The notes under the pieces were generated by a model. That model saw nothing but the letters and a program-made list of their open reading frames with translations. It did not search any database and was not told the DNA's origin. 64,000 nucleotides of DNA from the NCBI GenBank assembly GCA_963700635.1, contig CAVOYH010000003.1, forward strand, positions 896,001-960,000, read 5' to 3'. Shown here piece by piece: positions 23,783 to 35,326 of this stretch. This DNA is from an uncultured Bacteroidota bacterium (lineage in GTDB: Bacteria; Bacteroidota; Ignavibacteria; UBA10030; UBA6906). Positions within the stretch are counted from its first letter, which is position 1. Each line of letters starts with the position of its first letter. The position numbers and the translations under genes are program-made.

Positions 23783-24127
23783 ATGGATGAGTCCTTTTAT
23801 AGAAAGCGGAAGAGGCGGTTTAACCCCAGGGAAACCCTTCGCCGCATCCTGCGCAACAAACGCCTTGTCGCGGCCCTCGTGCTGGGCTCCGTGATCGCCG
23901 GTATCGCCCTTTTCGGAAACCGGGGATTCGTTCAGCGAATTCGGCTGGAACAGCAGAAATCGGAACTGGAACAGAAGATCCGGGAAGCGGAAGCAGAACA
24001 GAAACGCCTCCAGCGGGAATCCCTCAGCCTCGACACCAGCAGCAGGGCGATTGAGAAAGTTGCCCGGGAAAAGTATGGCATGAAACGTCCCGGGGAGAGT
24101 GTCTATCGAACACCCCCGGAACGGTGA
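23783..24127 (+). CDS. ftsB: FtsB/DivIC septum formation initiator
   Basis: TM, FGNRG, coiled coil, IEKVAREKYGMKRPGE; promoter TTGAGC-17-TACATT at 23745-23773. Confidence 0.88.
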   Translation: MDESFYRKRKRRFNPRETLRRILRNKRLVAALVLGSVIAGIALFGNRGFVQRIRLEQQKSELEQKIREAEAEQKRLQRESLSLDTSSRAIEKVAREKYGMKRPGESVYRTPPER

Positions 24128-25443
24128 TGGATCTCTTTGACGGCACTATGCCCGCCCCGCAGGCGCGTGAGGATGCCCCTCTTGCAGAGCGCGTGCGACC
24201 AGGGGTCCTTCCGGACTTTGTCGGTCAGGATCACCTGCTCGGTGAGGGGAAACCACTTCGTATACTGATCGAACGCGACCAGGTTCCTTCCATGATCCTC
24301 TGGGGACCTCCCGGGAGTGGCAAGACCACGCTGGCACGTCTGATCGCGCGGCACACGCACGCCGCTTTTATACAGCTCAATGCAGTATCATCCGGGGTGA
24401 AAGATGTCCGGGCGGTGCTCGAGCGCGCAACCGCGCACCGCCACCGTCAGCGGACAATCATGTTTATCGATGAAATCCACCGATTCAACAAGGCGCAGCA
24501 GGACGCATTGCTGCACAGTGTTGAAGAAGGCCTTGTCACGCTGATCGGCGCAACGACGGAGAATCCGTCGTTTGAAGTCATCGCGCCCCTCCTTTCCCGT
24601 TGCCGGGTCTATGTTCTCCAGATGCTCGGCGCTGATCATCTGCGGACAATTCTGGATCACGCCCTGAGCACGGATGTACATCTGAGTAGTCGGGACATTA
24701 CGGTCAACGACCGCGACCGCCTGATCATGCTTTCCGGCGGCGATGCACGGATGCTTCTGAACGGACTCGAAACTGCGATACGGATCGCCGGGAGCGCAGG
24801 CGATGGGCCCGTCACCGTAGGACAGCATGAATTTGACGAAGCATTTCAACGTAAGAGGCAGCGTTACGACGACGGCGGGGAAGAACACTACAATATCATC
24901 TCTGCATTCATCAAGAGTATTCGCGGGGGCGACCCCGATGCGGCGGTGTACTGGCTGGCGCGAATGCTGGACGGCGGTGAAGATCCCAAATTCATCGCGC
25001 GTCGGCTTATCGTTCTTGCGTCCGAGGACATCGGAAACGCAGACCCGTACGGTCTAACGCTCGCGGTTTCCACGTTTACAGCGGTAAACTATGTGGGAAT
25101 GCCGGAAGCGCGGATTATTCTTTCCCAATGCACGACCTACCTTGCATCGGCGCCAAAAAGTAACGCCGCCTACGTTGCCATTAGCGAGGCGATGGAAGAT
25201 GCACAAAAGGGTCCGGATGCCCCTGTTCCATTACATCTCAGGAATGCCCCCACGGGTCTTCTGAAAGATCTGGGATACGGGGGCGACTACAAATATGCCC
25301 ACGACTTTGCCGGAAATGTTGTTGATCAGCAATACCTCCCTGATACCCTCAAGAACAACTGCTACTATCGTCCGACGGAAAACGGAAGAGAAAAAGATAT
25401 CCGGGAACGACTGAAGCGCTGGTGGCCGGAGAGGGGACGGTAG
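24124..25443 (+). CDS. rarA: Replication-associated recombination protein A
   Basis: PLAERVRP, GPPGSGKTT, DEIHRFNKAQQD, ASEDIGNADP, VPLHLRNAP. Confidence 0.97.
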   Translation: MMDLFDGTMPAPQAREDAPLAERVRPGVLPDFVGQDHLLGEGKPLRILIERDQVPSMILWGPPGSGKTTLARLIARHTHAAFIQLNAVSSGVKDVRAVLERATAHRHRQRTIMFIDEIHRFNKAQQDALLHSVEEGLVTLIGATTENPSFEVIAPLLSRCRVYVLQMLGADHLRTILDHALSTDVHLSSRDITVNDRDRLIMLSGGDARMLLNGLETAIRIAGSAGDGPVTVGQHEFDEAFQRKRQRYDDGGEEHYNIISAFIKSIRGGDPDAAVYWLARMLDGGEDPKFIARRLIVLASEDIGNADPYGLTLAVSTFTAVNYVGMPEARIILSQCTTYLASAPKSNAAYVAISEAMEDAQKGPDAPVPLHLRNAPTGLLKDLGYGGDYKYAHDFAGNVVDQQYLPDTLKNNCYYRPTENGREKDIRERLKRWWPERGR

Positions 25444-25447
25444 AGGA

Positions 25448-28216
25448 ATGAACGACCGGCAGCGTTTTTTGAGGGCACCGCGCATGGTCAGCGGGAGACG
25501 GACCGGATCGGTTCCACAGATTGCGCGAGCTCTTCGCCTGCTTGCAGGTTGCGTGTTACTTGTGCCTCCTGCGGCTGGCTTTTCTCAGGTTCCATACATC
25601 CCTCCCGCACAGCACACTCCGCAGGTGCCCGATACCTCGCACACCTTTCAGGCCACCGGTTCGCCACGCACTCCGCGGATCCCTGACACACTGTCCGCCT
25701 CGCAGACACCCGCCGCGGTGCGTGATTCGATCCTTGCTTCGGCTGATACCGTCCTGGCCCGCGGCGACACTGTGTCGCGGCAGACCCCCTCCGGGATAGA
25801 CTCCGTGGTGACGTATACCGCATCCGATTCCATCACATACGACATCTCCCGCCGAACGATGTATTCACGCGGGAAAGCAACCATCGACTACAAGGAACTC
25901 GGATTAAAGGCCGACCAGGTGGACATCAACTGGAATACGGCAGTTCTCAATGCGCGCGGGTCTGTTGATTCCTCTGACACCACAGGTCAGAAGATGAAAG
26001 GTCTGCCTGATCTGATTGACGGGGCAGAAACATATTCCGGTTCCGAAATTTCCTACAACTTCAGAACCAAAAAAGGGCGGATCGATCTCGGTAAGACGGA
26101 GATCGAGCGCGGACTCTACTACGGCAAGGCAATCAAAAAAGTTGAGAGTGATGTGTTGTATGTTGACCACGGAGGATTTACCACGTGCGAGCTGGAGCAC
26201 CCGCACTACTACTTTGCCAGTCCAACAATGAAGGTCCAGGTGCGGGACAAGGTGATTGCACGTCCCATCTATCTCTACATCGCGGATGTACCGGTATTTG
26301 CCCTGCCCTTCGGGGTGTTCCCGAGCGAACGGGGAAGAAGATCCGGCCTTATCGCCCCTGCCTATGGAGAAAGCGCGCGGGGCCGTTACCTGCTCCATCT
26401 CGGCTACTACTGGGCGATTAATGACTATATGGACTGGAATGTCCGGGTAGACGGATACACAAAAGGGAGCTACACACTTTATTCCGATTTCCGGTATGCG
26501 TTACGCTATAACTTCACCGGTTCGATCAGCGGCTCATTCGGACGTGTGGTGAGCGGCGAGACAGCGGATCCGGGTTTTACGGACCAGCAGGTGTTTAACC
26601 TCCGTCTTGGCCACAATCAGGAGTTTGATCCGACGACTCGTCTTGTGGTTGACTTCACATTCACCAGCGGTTCGTACTATCAGAACACGAGTAACCAGCT
26701 CAATGACCTTCTCCGGCAGAATGTTGTGTCGAACGCGACCCTTACGAAATACTGGGAAGGGACGCCGAACAGCATGACGATCAACCTGCAGCGGGACCAG
26801 AATCTCCAGCCCACACCGGGCAGTGTCGAACTCAGCGAGGTGCTCCCGAGTCTAAGTTTTAGCAGAAGTCAGAGTTATCCATTCCGTTCCAAACGGTCCG
26901 GTGACGGCGGCAGCGCACAGCGGTGGTATGAATTGATCGGGTATTCCTACAGCGGCCAGTTGCTCAACACGCGGACGACAACACAGCAGACAGAAGGAAC
27001 ATCGCGCGATGAGCGTCGCGGCGTACAACACAGCGTGACCGTCAATGCGGCCCCGAAGCTCGGCTACTTCACCATTACGCCCTTCTTTAACTATTCAGAG
27101 AAGTGGTACGACAAACAGATTGCCAGGGACTTCTCGACCATTGACAGCTCGGTGACAACCCGTGATGTTCACACGGTGAAGGCGGTACGATACTTTGATC
27201 TGGGTGTGTCCGCAAATACGCGCTTTATTGGGATCGTCCAACCCAACATTCTCGGCATCAAAGGGATCCGGCATCAGGTGTTGCCGAGTATATCGTACAC
27301 GTACCAGCCGGATTTTTCCAAGGACCGGTACGGGTATTACGGTTCGTACCGTGATGAGGATGGGATCACGCAGCAGTACAGCCTGTTTGAGCGGGAGGTC
27401 TTTGGCGGAGCGCCGTCCGAGGAGCGGCAGGCGATCTCCATGCGAATCGGCAACGTGTTCGAAATGAAAACAGCTGCGGATGACACTTCCGACAGGGAAA
27501 ACAAATTCCAGCTGTTGAATCTGGACCTCTCCACATCATACAATTTTGCACGCGACAGCCTGCGCTTTGATGAGGTCTATATGGGGTTCAGGACGAGTAT
27601 CGGTCAATGGCTCAATATCGGTGGGAACGCGCGCTACAATCTGTACAAGTTCGAACCGGATCCAAAGAGTTCCGTCGGAGGCCGGCGCGTCAACAAGTTT
27701 CTTATCAATGAAACCGGACGGCTGGCGGACCTTACGGGGTTTTCCATCAGTCTGGGCACGCGGATCAGCGGCGAGAAGAAGAGCACGACGGCGGGACCGG
27801 TACGGACGGCGGAGGATTCACTGGCGGAGCGGGAGCGTGCAGGGTACATCGGTCTCTACGATCAACAGGCTCCCGATTTTAGCATACCCTGGAATCTGGA
27901 TCTCACCTGGAATTTTTACCAGAGCCAGCCGGGGGACCCGAGGCTCCTCTTCCGGAGCTCGACCATCGGGGGAGCGTTGGGATTCAACCTGACAGAACTC
28001 TGGAAGATCACGATGACGGCGAGTTACGATCTTATCAACAAGACGATCGCAGCACCGCAGGTCACGGTCTATCGGGACTTACATTGCTGGGAGATGAATT
28101 TCTCGTGGGTGCCGACGGGGTTCTACCGGAACTTCAAACTGGAAATCCGGCTTAAGGCGCCGCAACTGCAGGATGTGAAGCTGACAAAACAGGCGAGTGC
28201 GAGAGATATTTTTTAG
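25448..28216 (+). CDS. lptD: LptD-like LPS assembly outer-membrane protein (start uncertain)
   Basis: [40 protein letters not shown]; beta-strand-rich. Confidence 0.85.
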   Translation: MNDRQRFLRAPRMVSGRRTGSVPQIARALRLLAGCVLLVPPAAGFSQVPYIPPAQHTPQVPDTSHTFQATGSPRTPRIPDTLSASQTPAAVRDSILASADTVLARGDTVSRQTPSGIDSVVTYTASDSITYDISRRTMYSRGKATIDYKELGLKADQVDINWNTAVLNARGSVDSSDTTGQKMKGLPDLIDGAETYSGSEISYNFRTKKGRIDLGKTEIERGLYYGKAIKKVESDVLYVDHGGFTTCELEHPHYYFASPTMKVQVRDKVIARPIYLYIADVPVFALPFGVFPSERGRRSGLIAPAYGESARGRYLLHLGYYWAINDYMDWNVRVDGYTKGSYTLYSDFRYALRYNFTGSISGSFGRVVSGETADPGFTDQQVFNLRLGHNQEFDPTTRLVVDFTFTSGSYYQNTSNQLNDLLRQNVVSNATLTKYWEGTPNSMTINLQRDQNLQPTPGSVELSEVLPSLSFSRSQSYPFRSKRSGDGGSAQRWYELIGYSYSGQLLNTRTTTQQTEGTSRDERRGVQHSVTVNAAPKLGYFTITPFFNYSEKWYDKQIARDFSTIDSSVTTRDVHTVKAVRYFDLGVSANTRFIGIVQPNILGIKGIRHQVLPSISYTYQPDFSKDRYGYYGSYRDEDGITQQYSLFEREVFGGAPSEERQAISMRIGNVFEMKTAADDTSDRENKFQLLNLDLSTSYNFARDSLRFDEVYMGFRTSIGQWLNIGGNARYNLYKFEPDPKSSVGGRRVNKFLINETGRLADLTGFSISLGTRISGEKKSTTAGPVRTAEDSLAERERAGYIGLYDQQAPDFSIPWNLDLTWNFYQSQPGDPRLLFRSSTIGGALGFNLTELWKITMTASYDLINKTIAAPQVTVYRDLHCWEMNFSWVPTGFYRNFKLEIRLKAPQLQDVKLTKQASARDIF

Positions 28217-28220
28217 ACTT

Positions 28221-29480
28221 TTACGCCGACTGTTTCTGTTCTTCGTACTTGTACAGGGGCTCCTTTTTCCGGAGGATGACGTCTTTCGTGATGGTGCAGC
28301 TGCTGACATTCCGTTTCTCGGGAAGCCCATACATGATGTCCAGCATCACTTCCTCCAGGATCGATCGGAGGGCCCGTGCACCCGTCCCGCGTTCCATTGC
28401 CTTCTGCACGACCGCCTTCAGCGCTGCCTCTTCAAAGACCAGATCCACACCATCCACCCGGAAGAGTCGTTTGTACTGTTTCACGATTGCATTTTTGGGT
28501 TCGGTGAGAATGTTCAGCAATGCTTCCTCACTCAGGGCGTGCAGGGATGAAATCAGGGGCAGGCGTCCGACAAATTCCGGAATCAATCCGAATTTGATAA
28601 GGTCCTCCGGCTGCACCAGCTGGAGGTATTCATCAGGGTGAGCGTCTTTCTTTCCCTTGATTTCAGCGCCGAATCCCATCGGATTCTTGTTCACCCGCCG
28701 TGCAACGATCTTGTCCAGCCCTTCGAAAGCCCCGCCGCAGATAAACAGAACATTGCGGGTGTTGATGTTGATCAGACTCTGCTCCGGATGTTTTCGTCCG
28801 CCTTTCGGAGGCACGCCGGCAATGGTTCCTTCGAGAATCTTCAGCAGGGCCTGCTGCACACCCTCACCCGATACATCACGCGTAATGGAGGCGCTTTCGC
28901 TTTTTCGTGAAATCTTGTCGATCTCGTCAATATACACGATGCCCCGCTCCGCCTTCTCGACATTGTATTCGGCATTCTGCAGGAGGTGTACGAGGATTGT
29001 CTCGACGTCGTCGCCGACATAACCGGCTTCGGTGAGGGTTGTGGCATCGGCGATGGCGAACGGGAGATCGAGTATCTTCGCAAGAGTCTGGGCGAGCAAG
29101 GTCTTGCCCGTCCCGGTCGGACCGATCAGCAGGATGTTGGTCTTTTCGATATCGACGTCATCCAGCTCGAAAAGATTGTCCTTGGCGTCAATACGTTTGT
29201 AGTGGTTATACACCGAGACCGCGAGTGACTTCTTTGCGTGTTCCTGCCCGATAACATATTCGTCGAGGGCGTTTTTGATCTGGACAGGGGTGAGACCTGA
29301 TTTGGGGCCGCGCCGAGCGGTAAACGCTGCGAGGTTGTTGCGGATGATGTCGACCGAACTGGAAACACAGATGTCACAGATATACACATCCGGTCCAGCG
29401 ATGATACTCTGCACCTCTTCGGGTGTCCGTCCGCAGAACGAACAGTGTATTTTGTCGCCACTCCGGCTGCGCTGTGTCAT
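28221..29480 (-). CDS. clpX: ATP-dependent Clp protease ATPase subunit
   Basis: CSFC/ICDIC Zn finger, [32 protein letters not shown]. Confidence 0.99.
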   Translation of the reverse strand: MTQRSRSGDKIHCSFCGRTPEEVQSIIAGPDVYICDICVSSSVDIIRNNLAAFTARRGPKSGLTPVQIKNALDEYVIGQEHAKKSLAVSVYNHYKRIDAKDNLFELDDVDIEKTNILLIGPTGTGKTLLAQTLAKILDLPFAIADATTLTEAGYVGDDVETILVHLLQNAEYNVEKAERGIVYIDEIDKISRKSESASITRDVSGEGVQQALLKILEGTIAGVPPKGGRKHPEQSLININTRNVLFICGGAFEGLDKIVARRVNKNPMGFGAEIKGKKDAHPDEYLQLVQPEDLIKFGLIPEFVGRLPLISSLHALSEEALLNILTEPKNAIVKQYKRLFRVDGVDLVFEEAALKAVVQKAMERGTGARALRSILEEVMLDIMYGLPEKRNVSSCTITKDVILRKKEPLYKYEEQKQSA

Positions 29481-29500
29481 GGTAGTCCCGCGATAAGTGC

Positions 29501-30142
29501 CTATTTCTTGGTGTCGCGTTCTTTCTTGACAAACACGTTGTCAATCAGGCCGTAGGTTTTTGCTTCTTCCGACGACATATACCGGTCGCGGTCCGTATCA
29601 CGTTCGATTGTGGTGATCGGCTGGTTGCAGTGGTTCGCCAGGATTTCGTTCAGCCGTTTCTTTGTTCGCAGGATTTCTTCGGCCTGGATGCTGATGTCGG
29701 ATGCGGTTCCCTGCACACCACCCCAGGGTTGGTGGATCATGATGCGGGAGTTCGGGAGGGTGGAGCGTTTTCCTTTTGTGCCTCCGGCCAGCAGCACGGC
29801 GCCCATACTTGCCGCCATACCGATACAAATCGTCGCCACATCCGGACGGATATACTGTATGGTATCATAAATAGCCAGACCCGACGATACGCTGCCTCCG
29901 GGGCTGTTGATATACACGTTGATGTCCTTATCCGGATCTTCCGATTCAAGGAACAGCAACTGTGCGATCACCAGGCTCGCAACGGTGTCATCGATCGGAG
30001 TACCGAGGAAGACGATCCGTTCTTTGAGGAGACGCGAAAAGATGTCGAATGCCCGTTCCCCGCGGCCGGTTTGTTCCACCACCATAGGGACGAGCTGGTT
30101 GTACAAATCATAGGGTTTTGGTGTGTTGTTGCTGATCGTCAT
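29501..30142 (-). CDS. clpP: Clp protease proteolytic subunit
   Basis: YINSPGG, AASMG, MIHQP, DTDRD. Confidence 0.99.
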   Translation of the reverse strand: MTISNNTPKPYDLYNQLVPMVVEQTGRGERAFDIFSRLLKERIVFLGTPIDDTVASLVIAQLLFLESEDPDKDINVYINSPGGSVSSGLAIYDTIQYIRPDVATICIGMAASMGAVLLAGGTKGKRSTLPNSRIMIHQPWGGVQGTASDISIQAEEILRTKKRLNEILANHCNQPITTIERDTDRDRYMSSEEAKTYGLIDNVFVKKERDTKK

Positions 30143-31416
30143 GAGTCCACCCCTTCCTTCAATTCCTTGTCCGAGATCGTTGCATGCTGTTTCAAAAAAT
30201 CCATGACTTTTCCTGAGAGAATTCGGTCACGCACGGCCTCGGATCGTTTGTAATGAGGCAGCAGCTTCTCCTTTTCAAGACCCGTCCGCCCTGCCTCTTC
30301 TGTTGCGAGTTTTTCAATGTCGTCGTCGGTGACCGTCAGATTTTCGACTTCGGCAATCCGTTCCTTGATCATCATCCACTTGGCCTGCCAGATGGCCTGC
30401 GTGCGGCGCTCCTCGCGGTATTTCTTTTCATCAAATCCCGCGGGCAGGGAACGCTCACGCGAACGCTCGCGCAGTTCCGCGATATAGGAATCCAGAAGCG
30501 CTTCCACGAATGCCTCCGGCACAGGAACCTCGTGTTGCCGGACGATTTCGGATGCGATATCGTCGGCCACTTTGGCTTCCGCGCGTTCCGACCAGTATCG
30601 TTGGAGATCGGCGCGTAAGGAAGTCTTAAATTCATCAGGCGAAGTGACGGCATCGCGTGTCACCTTCTTCACCAGCGCTTCGTCAAAAGGCGGCAGCTGG
30701 ACCTTCTCAATCGTCTTCGGTGTTATGGCCAGTCGAACGGTGTCCTTGTGGTCTGCGTGTGTCGATTCGAACGTCGCCTGGACCGTTTGCCCGACTGTTG
30801 CGGACCGCAGCGAATCGCGGATTTCGGTGGCAAGAGTGTGATCCGCAAGATAAAACCGTACGCCGTTGGATTTGCGCCCGATAAGGGGAGTCCCGGCTTC
30901 ATCCAGTTCCTGCACGTCGGCGGTGACGATATGCTCGTCATCCGTAACGGTGTCAGCCGGCGCCATGGAACTGTTGGCTTTCCGGATCTGCTGGATTTCT
31001 TCTTCCACTTCTTCGTCGGGGACTGTATGGACCGGCCTGTCCACCGCAATGCCCTTGTAGGTTTTGAGTTCGACGGGTGGTTTTACCTCGTATTCGATGC
31101 GGAATTGGAACCGCTCCCCCCGTTTAAAATCCATATCAACCATTGACGGGCGGCCGAGCGGGTGAATGTTCCGTTCTTCCATCGCCTGATGGTAAAAAGT
31201 ATTGGCGATCTCATCGAGGGCCTCGTGTTCAATCGCCTCACCATACAGTTTTTTCACCATCGAAAGGGGGGCCTTGCCCTTGCGGAATCCTTTGAGCTCC
31301 ACCTTTGCCCGGTATTTGTCGTACGCCTGATCAAAATGTGATTGAAGCTCGTCATGGACGAGCTCGATGGTGGCTTCCTGTTTTACTTCTGAGAGTGTGT
31401 TAATGGTAACCTGCAA
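30139..31416 (-). CDS. tig: Trigger factor
   Basis: GFRKGKAP ribosome-binding motif; tig-clpP-clpX synteny; TTG start. Confidence 0.97.
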   Translation of the reverse strand: MQVTINTLSEVKQEATIELVHDELQSHFDQAYDKYRAKVELKGFRKGKAPLSMVKKLYGEAIEHEALDEIANTFYHQAMEERNIHPLGRPSMVDMDFKRGERFQFRIEYEVKPPVELKTYKGIAVDRPVHTVPDEEVEEEIQQIRKANSSMAPADTVTDDEHIVTADVQELDEAGTPLIGRKSNGVRFYLADHTLATEIRDSLRSATVGQTVQATFESTHADHKDTVRLAITPKTIEKVQLPPFDEALVKKVTRDAVTSPDEFKTSLRADLQRYWSERAEAKVADDIASEIVRQHEVPVPEAFVEALLDSYIAELRERSRERSLPAGFDEKKYREERRTQAIWQAKWMMIKERIAEVENLTVTDDDIEKLATEEAGRTGLEKEKLLPHYKRSEAVRDRILSGKVMDFLKQHATISDKELKEGVDS

Positions 31417-31472
31417 CGGACAACCTCATAACGTTATGAACTGAGCGTGAATAGCACCCTGACGATTAAGTG

Positions 31473-31554
31473 TGGGCATAGGGGGACTCGAACCCTCACG
31501 GATTTCTCCACTAGATCCTAAGTCTAGCGCGTCTACCAATTCCGCCATATGCCC
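31473..31554 (-). tRNA. tRNA-Leu(TAG)
   Basis: GGGCATATGGCGGAATTGGTAGACGCGCTAGACTTAGGATCTAG...GTTCGAGTCCCCCTATGCCCA; long variable arm; promoter TTGGAA-17-TACATT at 31626-31654. Confidence 0.97.
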
Positions 31555-31673
31555 AAAGACCACACGCGGCGGTGCGGCGCGCGGAATAGAGGAGCGCCCC
31601 GGCGGCCGATTGTTGTCAAGTGCACAATGTATACAAAAAGGAAGAAACTTCCAAGTAACGGCGCAGTAGGTCT

Positions 31674-33380
31674 TTAGGGGGCAGGTAGGGGGTAGTAAAG
31701 CCGGAAGGTGGCACCTTTTCCGGGAACGGAATCTACCTCCACGCGTCCCCGGTGGTCTTCCAGTATCTTTTTTACAATTGAGAGGCCCAGCCCTGTCCCG
31801 TGTTTCTTTCCGTATGAGAAAAAAGGCTCAAAAAGCCTGGGGCGGATCTCTTCTGGAATCCCCGGTCCGGAATCTGACACCTCGATGATGATAAATCCAT
31901 CGTGCATCCGCGTTCGAATGGTGAGTGTGCCCCCCTCCGGCATCACGTCAGCGGCGTTTCCCGTCAGGTTATACAGCACACGTGCAAGCTTGTCCACGTC
32001 CAGCGTGCAGTCTCCGGTGTACTCAAGATGGCGGACAAGGGAGATCGAGCGGGATGCCATGTCGGTTTGCAGAAAGTCCAGCAGCTGATCCAGCGTGGAA
32101 CCGAGTTGAACGGTCTCGAGGCGGAGGTGGCTGGTGCCCCGGGCAAAATCGAGCGTCTCCTGTGCCATGGTATTAAGCCGGTCAATCTGGCGGATCATCT
32201 CGTCAGCCATTTCCGCGGGCTTTTGTGAGCCGCCGCCCCGTTTGATAAGCTCGGCATAGAGCCTGACCGTGGCCATCGGATTCTTGATGTCGTGCAGGAT
32301 TGTGGAGGCCATTCGGCCGACGGCGCTCAGCCGTTCATTCTGGACCATCTCCTGTGCAATTCTCGCATTGTCCAGTGCGATTGAGGCATGGACGGATAGT
32401 GCTTCGATGAACGCCTCGTCTTCCGGCCCGAAATGCCCTATATGCTTGTTCAAAAGCTGAAACACCCCGACGATGATCCCTTCCTTGTCCCGCATGGGCA
32501 TACACAATACGGTTTGGGTGGAATATCCGCTTCTTTTGTCAATCTCAGGGTTAAACCGGGGATCACTGTAGGCATCGGTGATGTTTACAACCTCTCCCGT
32601 TCGTGCTACAAATCCGGAAAGCCCTTTTCCCATGGGAAGCCGGATTTCGACCATCCCGTCGCCCTGCGCCACCTTGGACCAGAGTTCATCGGTCTTTCGA
32701 TCCACCAGATACAGGGTACCCCGGTCAGCACCGATACTCCGTGCTGCAACATCCACGATGATGCCGAGCAGAGTATCCAGATCGATGGCGGAGTTGACAC
32801 TCTTGCTTGCCTCAATGAGCATGCTCAACTTGTCCACCTTGTTCTTCGACGCGAGCGCGTTGCGGCCAAGTTCCATGACAAACGTCTGATCCATGGTTCT
32901 GAGCCGGATGGCAAGATTGTGGAGCAGATTCAGGGCGACCTGGCGGTTCTTGTTGACCAGGGTACGGAATTCTTCCGCGGTCAGAATCAGCACCGTGCAT
33001 TCATCCAGGGCTTCAGCGCGGGCTGAACGGGGGAGGCCGTCAATCAGGGAGAGTTCCCCAAAAAAGTCCCCTGAATGCAGAACAGCGAGCAACGATTCGA
33101 CACCGAATTTCGTATATTTCTTTATCCGGACCCGGCCGCTGCACAGGAGATACAGTTCCCGGCCCTTGGAATACTCATCAAAGATGAGATCGCCCCCGGG
33201 GATGGTGCGTTGGGTAAAATGTGCAAGACTCCTGAGAATCACGCGTGGTGCGACATCGCGGAAGAGGATGTTCTGCGTAAGCGCCTCCAGCATGGGGGGA
33301 GAAACTTTTGCTGAGGGGCGCGCTGGAAGACGGCGTTTCGTCTTGCCTTTTGGTGCTTTTGAGGGTCGTGTTTTTTTCAT
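31674..33380 (-). CDS. Cytoplasmic cNMP-binding/GAF sensor histidine kinase
   Basis: GDFFGELSLIDGLPRSA cNMP cassette, GAF (DAYSDPRFN, LNK), ILHDIKNP, DSGPG, GTGLGL. Confidence 0.93.
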   Translation of the reverse strand: MKKTRPSKAPKGKTKRRLPARPSAKVSPPMLEALTQNILFRDVAPRVILRSLAHFTQRTIPGGDLIFDEYSKGRELYLLCSGRVRIKKYTKFGVESLLAVLHSGDFFGELSLIDGLPRSARAEALDECTVLILTAEEFRTLVNKNRQVALNLLHNLAIRLRTMDQTFVMELGRNALASKNKVDKLSMLIEASKSVNSAIDLDTLLGIIVDVAARSIGADRGTLYLVDRKTDELWSKVAQGDGMVEIRLPMGKGLSGFVARTGEVVNITDAYSDPRFNPEIDKRSGYSTQTVLCMPMRDKEGIIVGVFQLLNKHIGHFGPEDEAFIEALSVHASIALDNARIAQEMVQNERLSAVGRMASTILHDIKNPMATVRLYAELIKRGGGSQKPAEMADEMIRQIDRLNTMAQETLDFARGTSHLRLETVQLGSTLDQLLDFLQTDMASRSISLVRHLEYTGDCTLDVDKLARVLYNLTGNAADVMPEGGTLTIRTRMHDGFIIIEVSDSGPGIPEEIRPRLFEPFFSYGKKHGTGLGLSIVKKILEDHRGRVEVDSVPGKGATFRLYYPLPAP

Positions 33381-33489
33381 TAAACGGTCGGAGTGAAGAG
33401 AGACGGCCCCCTGAGGGTTGTTGCAAAAAAATAGACAAAAGGTCCGCCAGAGTCAAGCTGACAAGTGACGCTCACAAAGGAACCCTTGT

Positions 33490-34461
33490 ATGCATGATGA
33501 GGTGTTGCTGCAAACATCCGGATTGAGCAAGCGCTACGGGAAACGGTGGGCGGTGCATGACCTGAACCTTACAGTCCGCCGCGGCGAGGTCTTCGGATTT
33601 CTCGGTCCCAATGGAGCCGGAAAGAGCACGACCATCCGCATGCTCCTTTCACTGATCAAACCCACCGCGGGTCACATTGAACTTTTTGCCAGTCCCCTTC
33701 ACCGAAACCGGGCGTCTGTGTTAAAACGTGTCGGAGGCCTTGTCGAGCGCCCCGATTTTTATCTGTACCTTTCCGCACGGCGTAATCTCGAAATCGTGGC
33801 GGCACTCAGGGGTGACGGTTCCCACAGCGACATCAACCGTGTGCTCGACATCGTCGGACTCCAGTCCCGGGCTGATGACAACGTAAAGGTATACTCCCAC
33901 GGCATGAAACAGCGACTGGGCATCGCGCAGGCGTTGCTGGGCAAGCCGGAACTGGTCATTCTGGATGAGCCAACATCCGGACTCGATCCGCAGGGAATCA
34001 AGGAGGTTCGTGAACTGATCCAGCAGTTATCCCGTTCGGGTGCCGTCACGGTGTTTCTTTCTTCTCATCTGCTCAGCGAAATTGAACAGACGGCCACCTG
34101 CATGGCCATCATCAATCAAGGAAAGCTCGTTGTGCAGGGTGGCGTGTCGGAATTGCTCGCTGCGGGTCCCGGCATTATCCGGATAGATGCCCGGCCGCCC
34201 GGACGGGCGCTGGAGATTCTCAAAACCTCAACTCTTGTGACCGGCGCATCCATGGTGGATCCGTACATCGAATGTACGGCACCGTTCGAGGCGACCCCCG
34301 CCCTGTTGCGACTTCTCGTGGATGCGGGTATTGATGTCCATGCCCTCACCCCGCGCCGTTCTCTGGAAGAATACTTCCTCTCCATAACCGAGGGAGCTTC
34401 CGATGTGCATGCGCCGGATCTCACGGTCCAGGTTCCGGCATCAGGGGAGAGTCCGGAATGA
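33490..34461 (+). CDS. ABC transporter ATP-binding protein (BcrA-like)
   Basis: GPNGAGKST, YSHGMKQRL, LDEPT, SSH. Confidence 0.95.
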   Translation: MHDEVLLQTSGLSKRYGKRWAVHDLNLTVRRGEVFGFLGPNGAGKSTTIRMLLSLIKPTAGHIELFASPLHRNRASVLKRVGGLVERPDFYLYLSARRNLEIVAALRGDGSHSDINRVLDIVGLQSRADDNVKVYSHGMKQRLGIAQALLGKPELVILDEPTSGLDPQGIKEVRELIQQLSRSGAVTVFLSSHLLSEIEQTATCMAIINQGKLVVQGGVSELLAAGPGIIRIDARPPGRALEILKTSTLVTGASMVDPYIECTAPFEATPALLRLLVDAGIDVHALTPRRSLEEYFLSITEGASDVHAPDLTVQVPASGESPE

Positions 34462-35294
34462 GAACGATCCTCGGCAACGAAATCCTCAAGACCTCGCTCA
34501 AATGGAGGTCCTATATTTCCTTTATTACCATCGCGGTGATCATTCCCCTGGTGGATCTTGGACTCTTTCTTGAACGCGGAGGGTGGGCGCGATCGATTAC
34601 CCGCGGCCTTTCCCAGGATTTTCTGGTGATGGGGAATATCAAGAACGCATACTTTGTGACCTATTTTCTCATGAATGCGCTCTGGATCCATATTCCCTTC
34701 CTCATCACCCTCGGTGCGGGAGATCAACTGGCAGGTGAAGCAACGGGAGGAACGTTTCGCATCCTGCTGACACGACCGGCTTCCCGTTCGTATATCCTCT
34801 TTACGAAGTATATTACCACGTTGCTGTACGCAGCCGCGCTCGTGGTCTTTATGGGGGCGCTCTCGCTCGGACTCGGGGCCGTGCTGTTCGGGACCGGTGA
34901 TCTGCTGGTTCCGGGCAGAACGTTTATCGTCCATGCGGAACATGATGTGCTCTGGCGCATGGCTATCAGCTTCGCGCTTGCAACGTGGGGTATGTGGACG
35001 GTTGCCTCGCTCGCGTTTCTCTTTTCTTCGCTTGTGGAGAACGGTATCGGCCCGATCATCGGGACGATGGCCATCATCATCGGTTCGTACATCATCGGTA
35101 ATGTTCCGGTGGATCTGTTTGCCTCGATCAAACCGTATCTCTTCACCACATATCTTGATCTGTGGGCGAAGGTCTTTGAAGATCCCGTGCCGTGGGATAC
35201 CCTGCTCCATTCAATCCTTGTCCTTGGCGCATTCAACGTTGGTTTTTACCTTGTAACTTGGTATATTTTTCTGAAGAAAGATGTTCTGAGCTGA
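34458..35294 (+). CDS. ABC-2 type permease
   Basis: Six TMs; GEATGGTFRILLTRPASR; ATGA-coupled to the ATPase. Confidence 0.9.
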   Translation: MRTILGNEILKTSLKWRSYISFITIAVIIPLVDLGLFLERGGWARSITRGLSQDFLVMGNIKNAYFVTYFLMNALWIHIPFLITLGAGDQLAGEATGGTFRILLTRPASRSYILFTKYITTLLYAAALVVFMGALSLGLGAVLFGTGDLLVPGRTFIVHAEHDVLWRMAISFALATWGMWTVASLAFLFSSLVENGIGPIIGTMAIIIGSYIIGNVPVDLFASIKPYLFTTYLDLWAKVFEDPVPWDTLLHSILVLGAFNVGFYLVTWYIFLKKDVLS

Positions 35295-35326
35295 TTTGCC
35301 TTCCTTCATCACTCCAGGAACCCATC

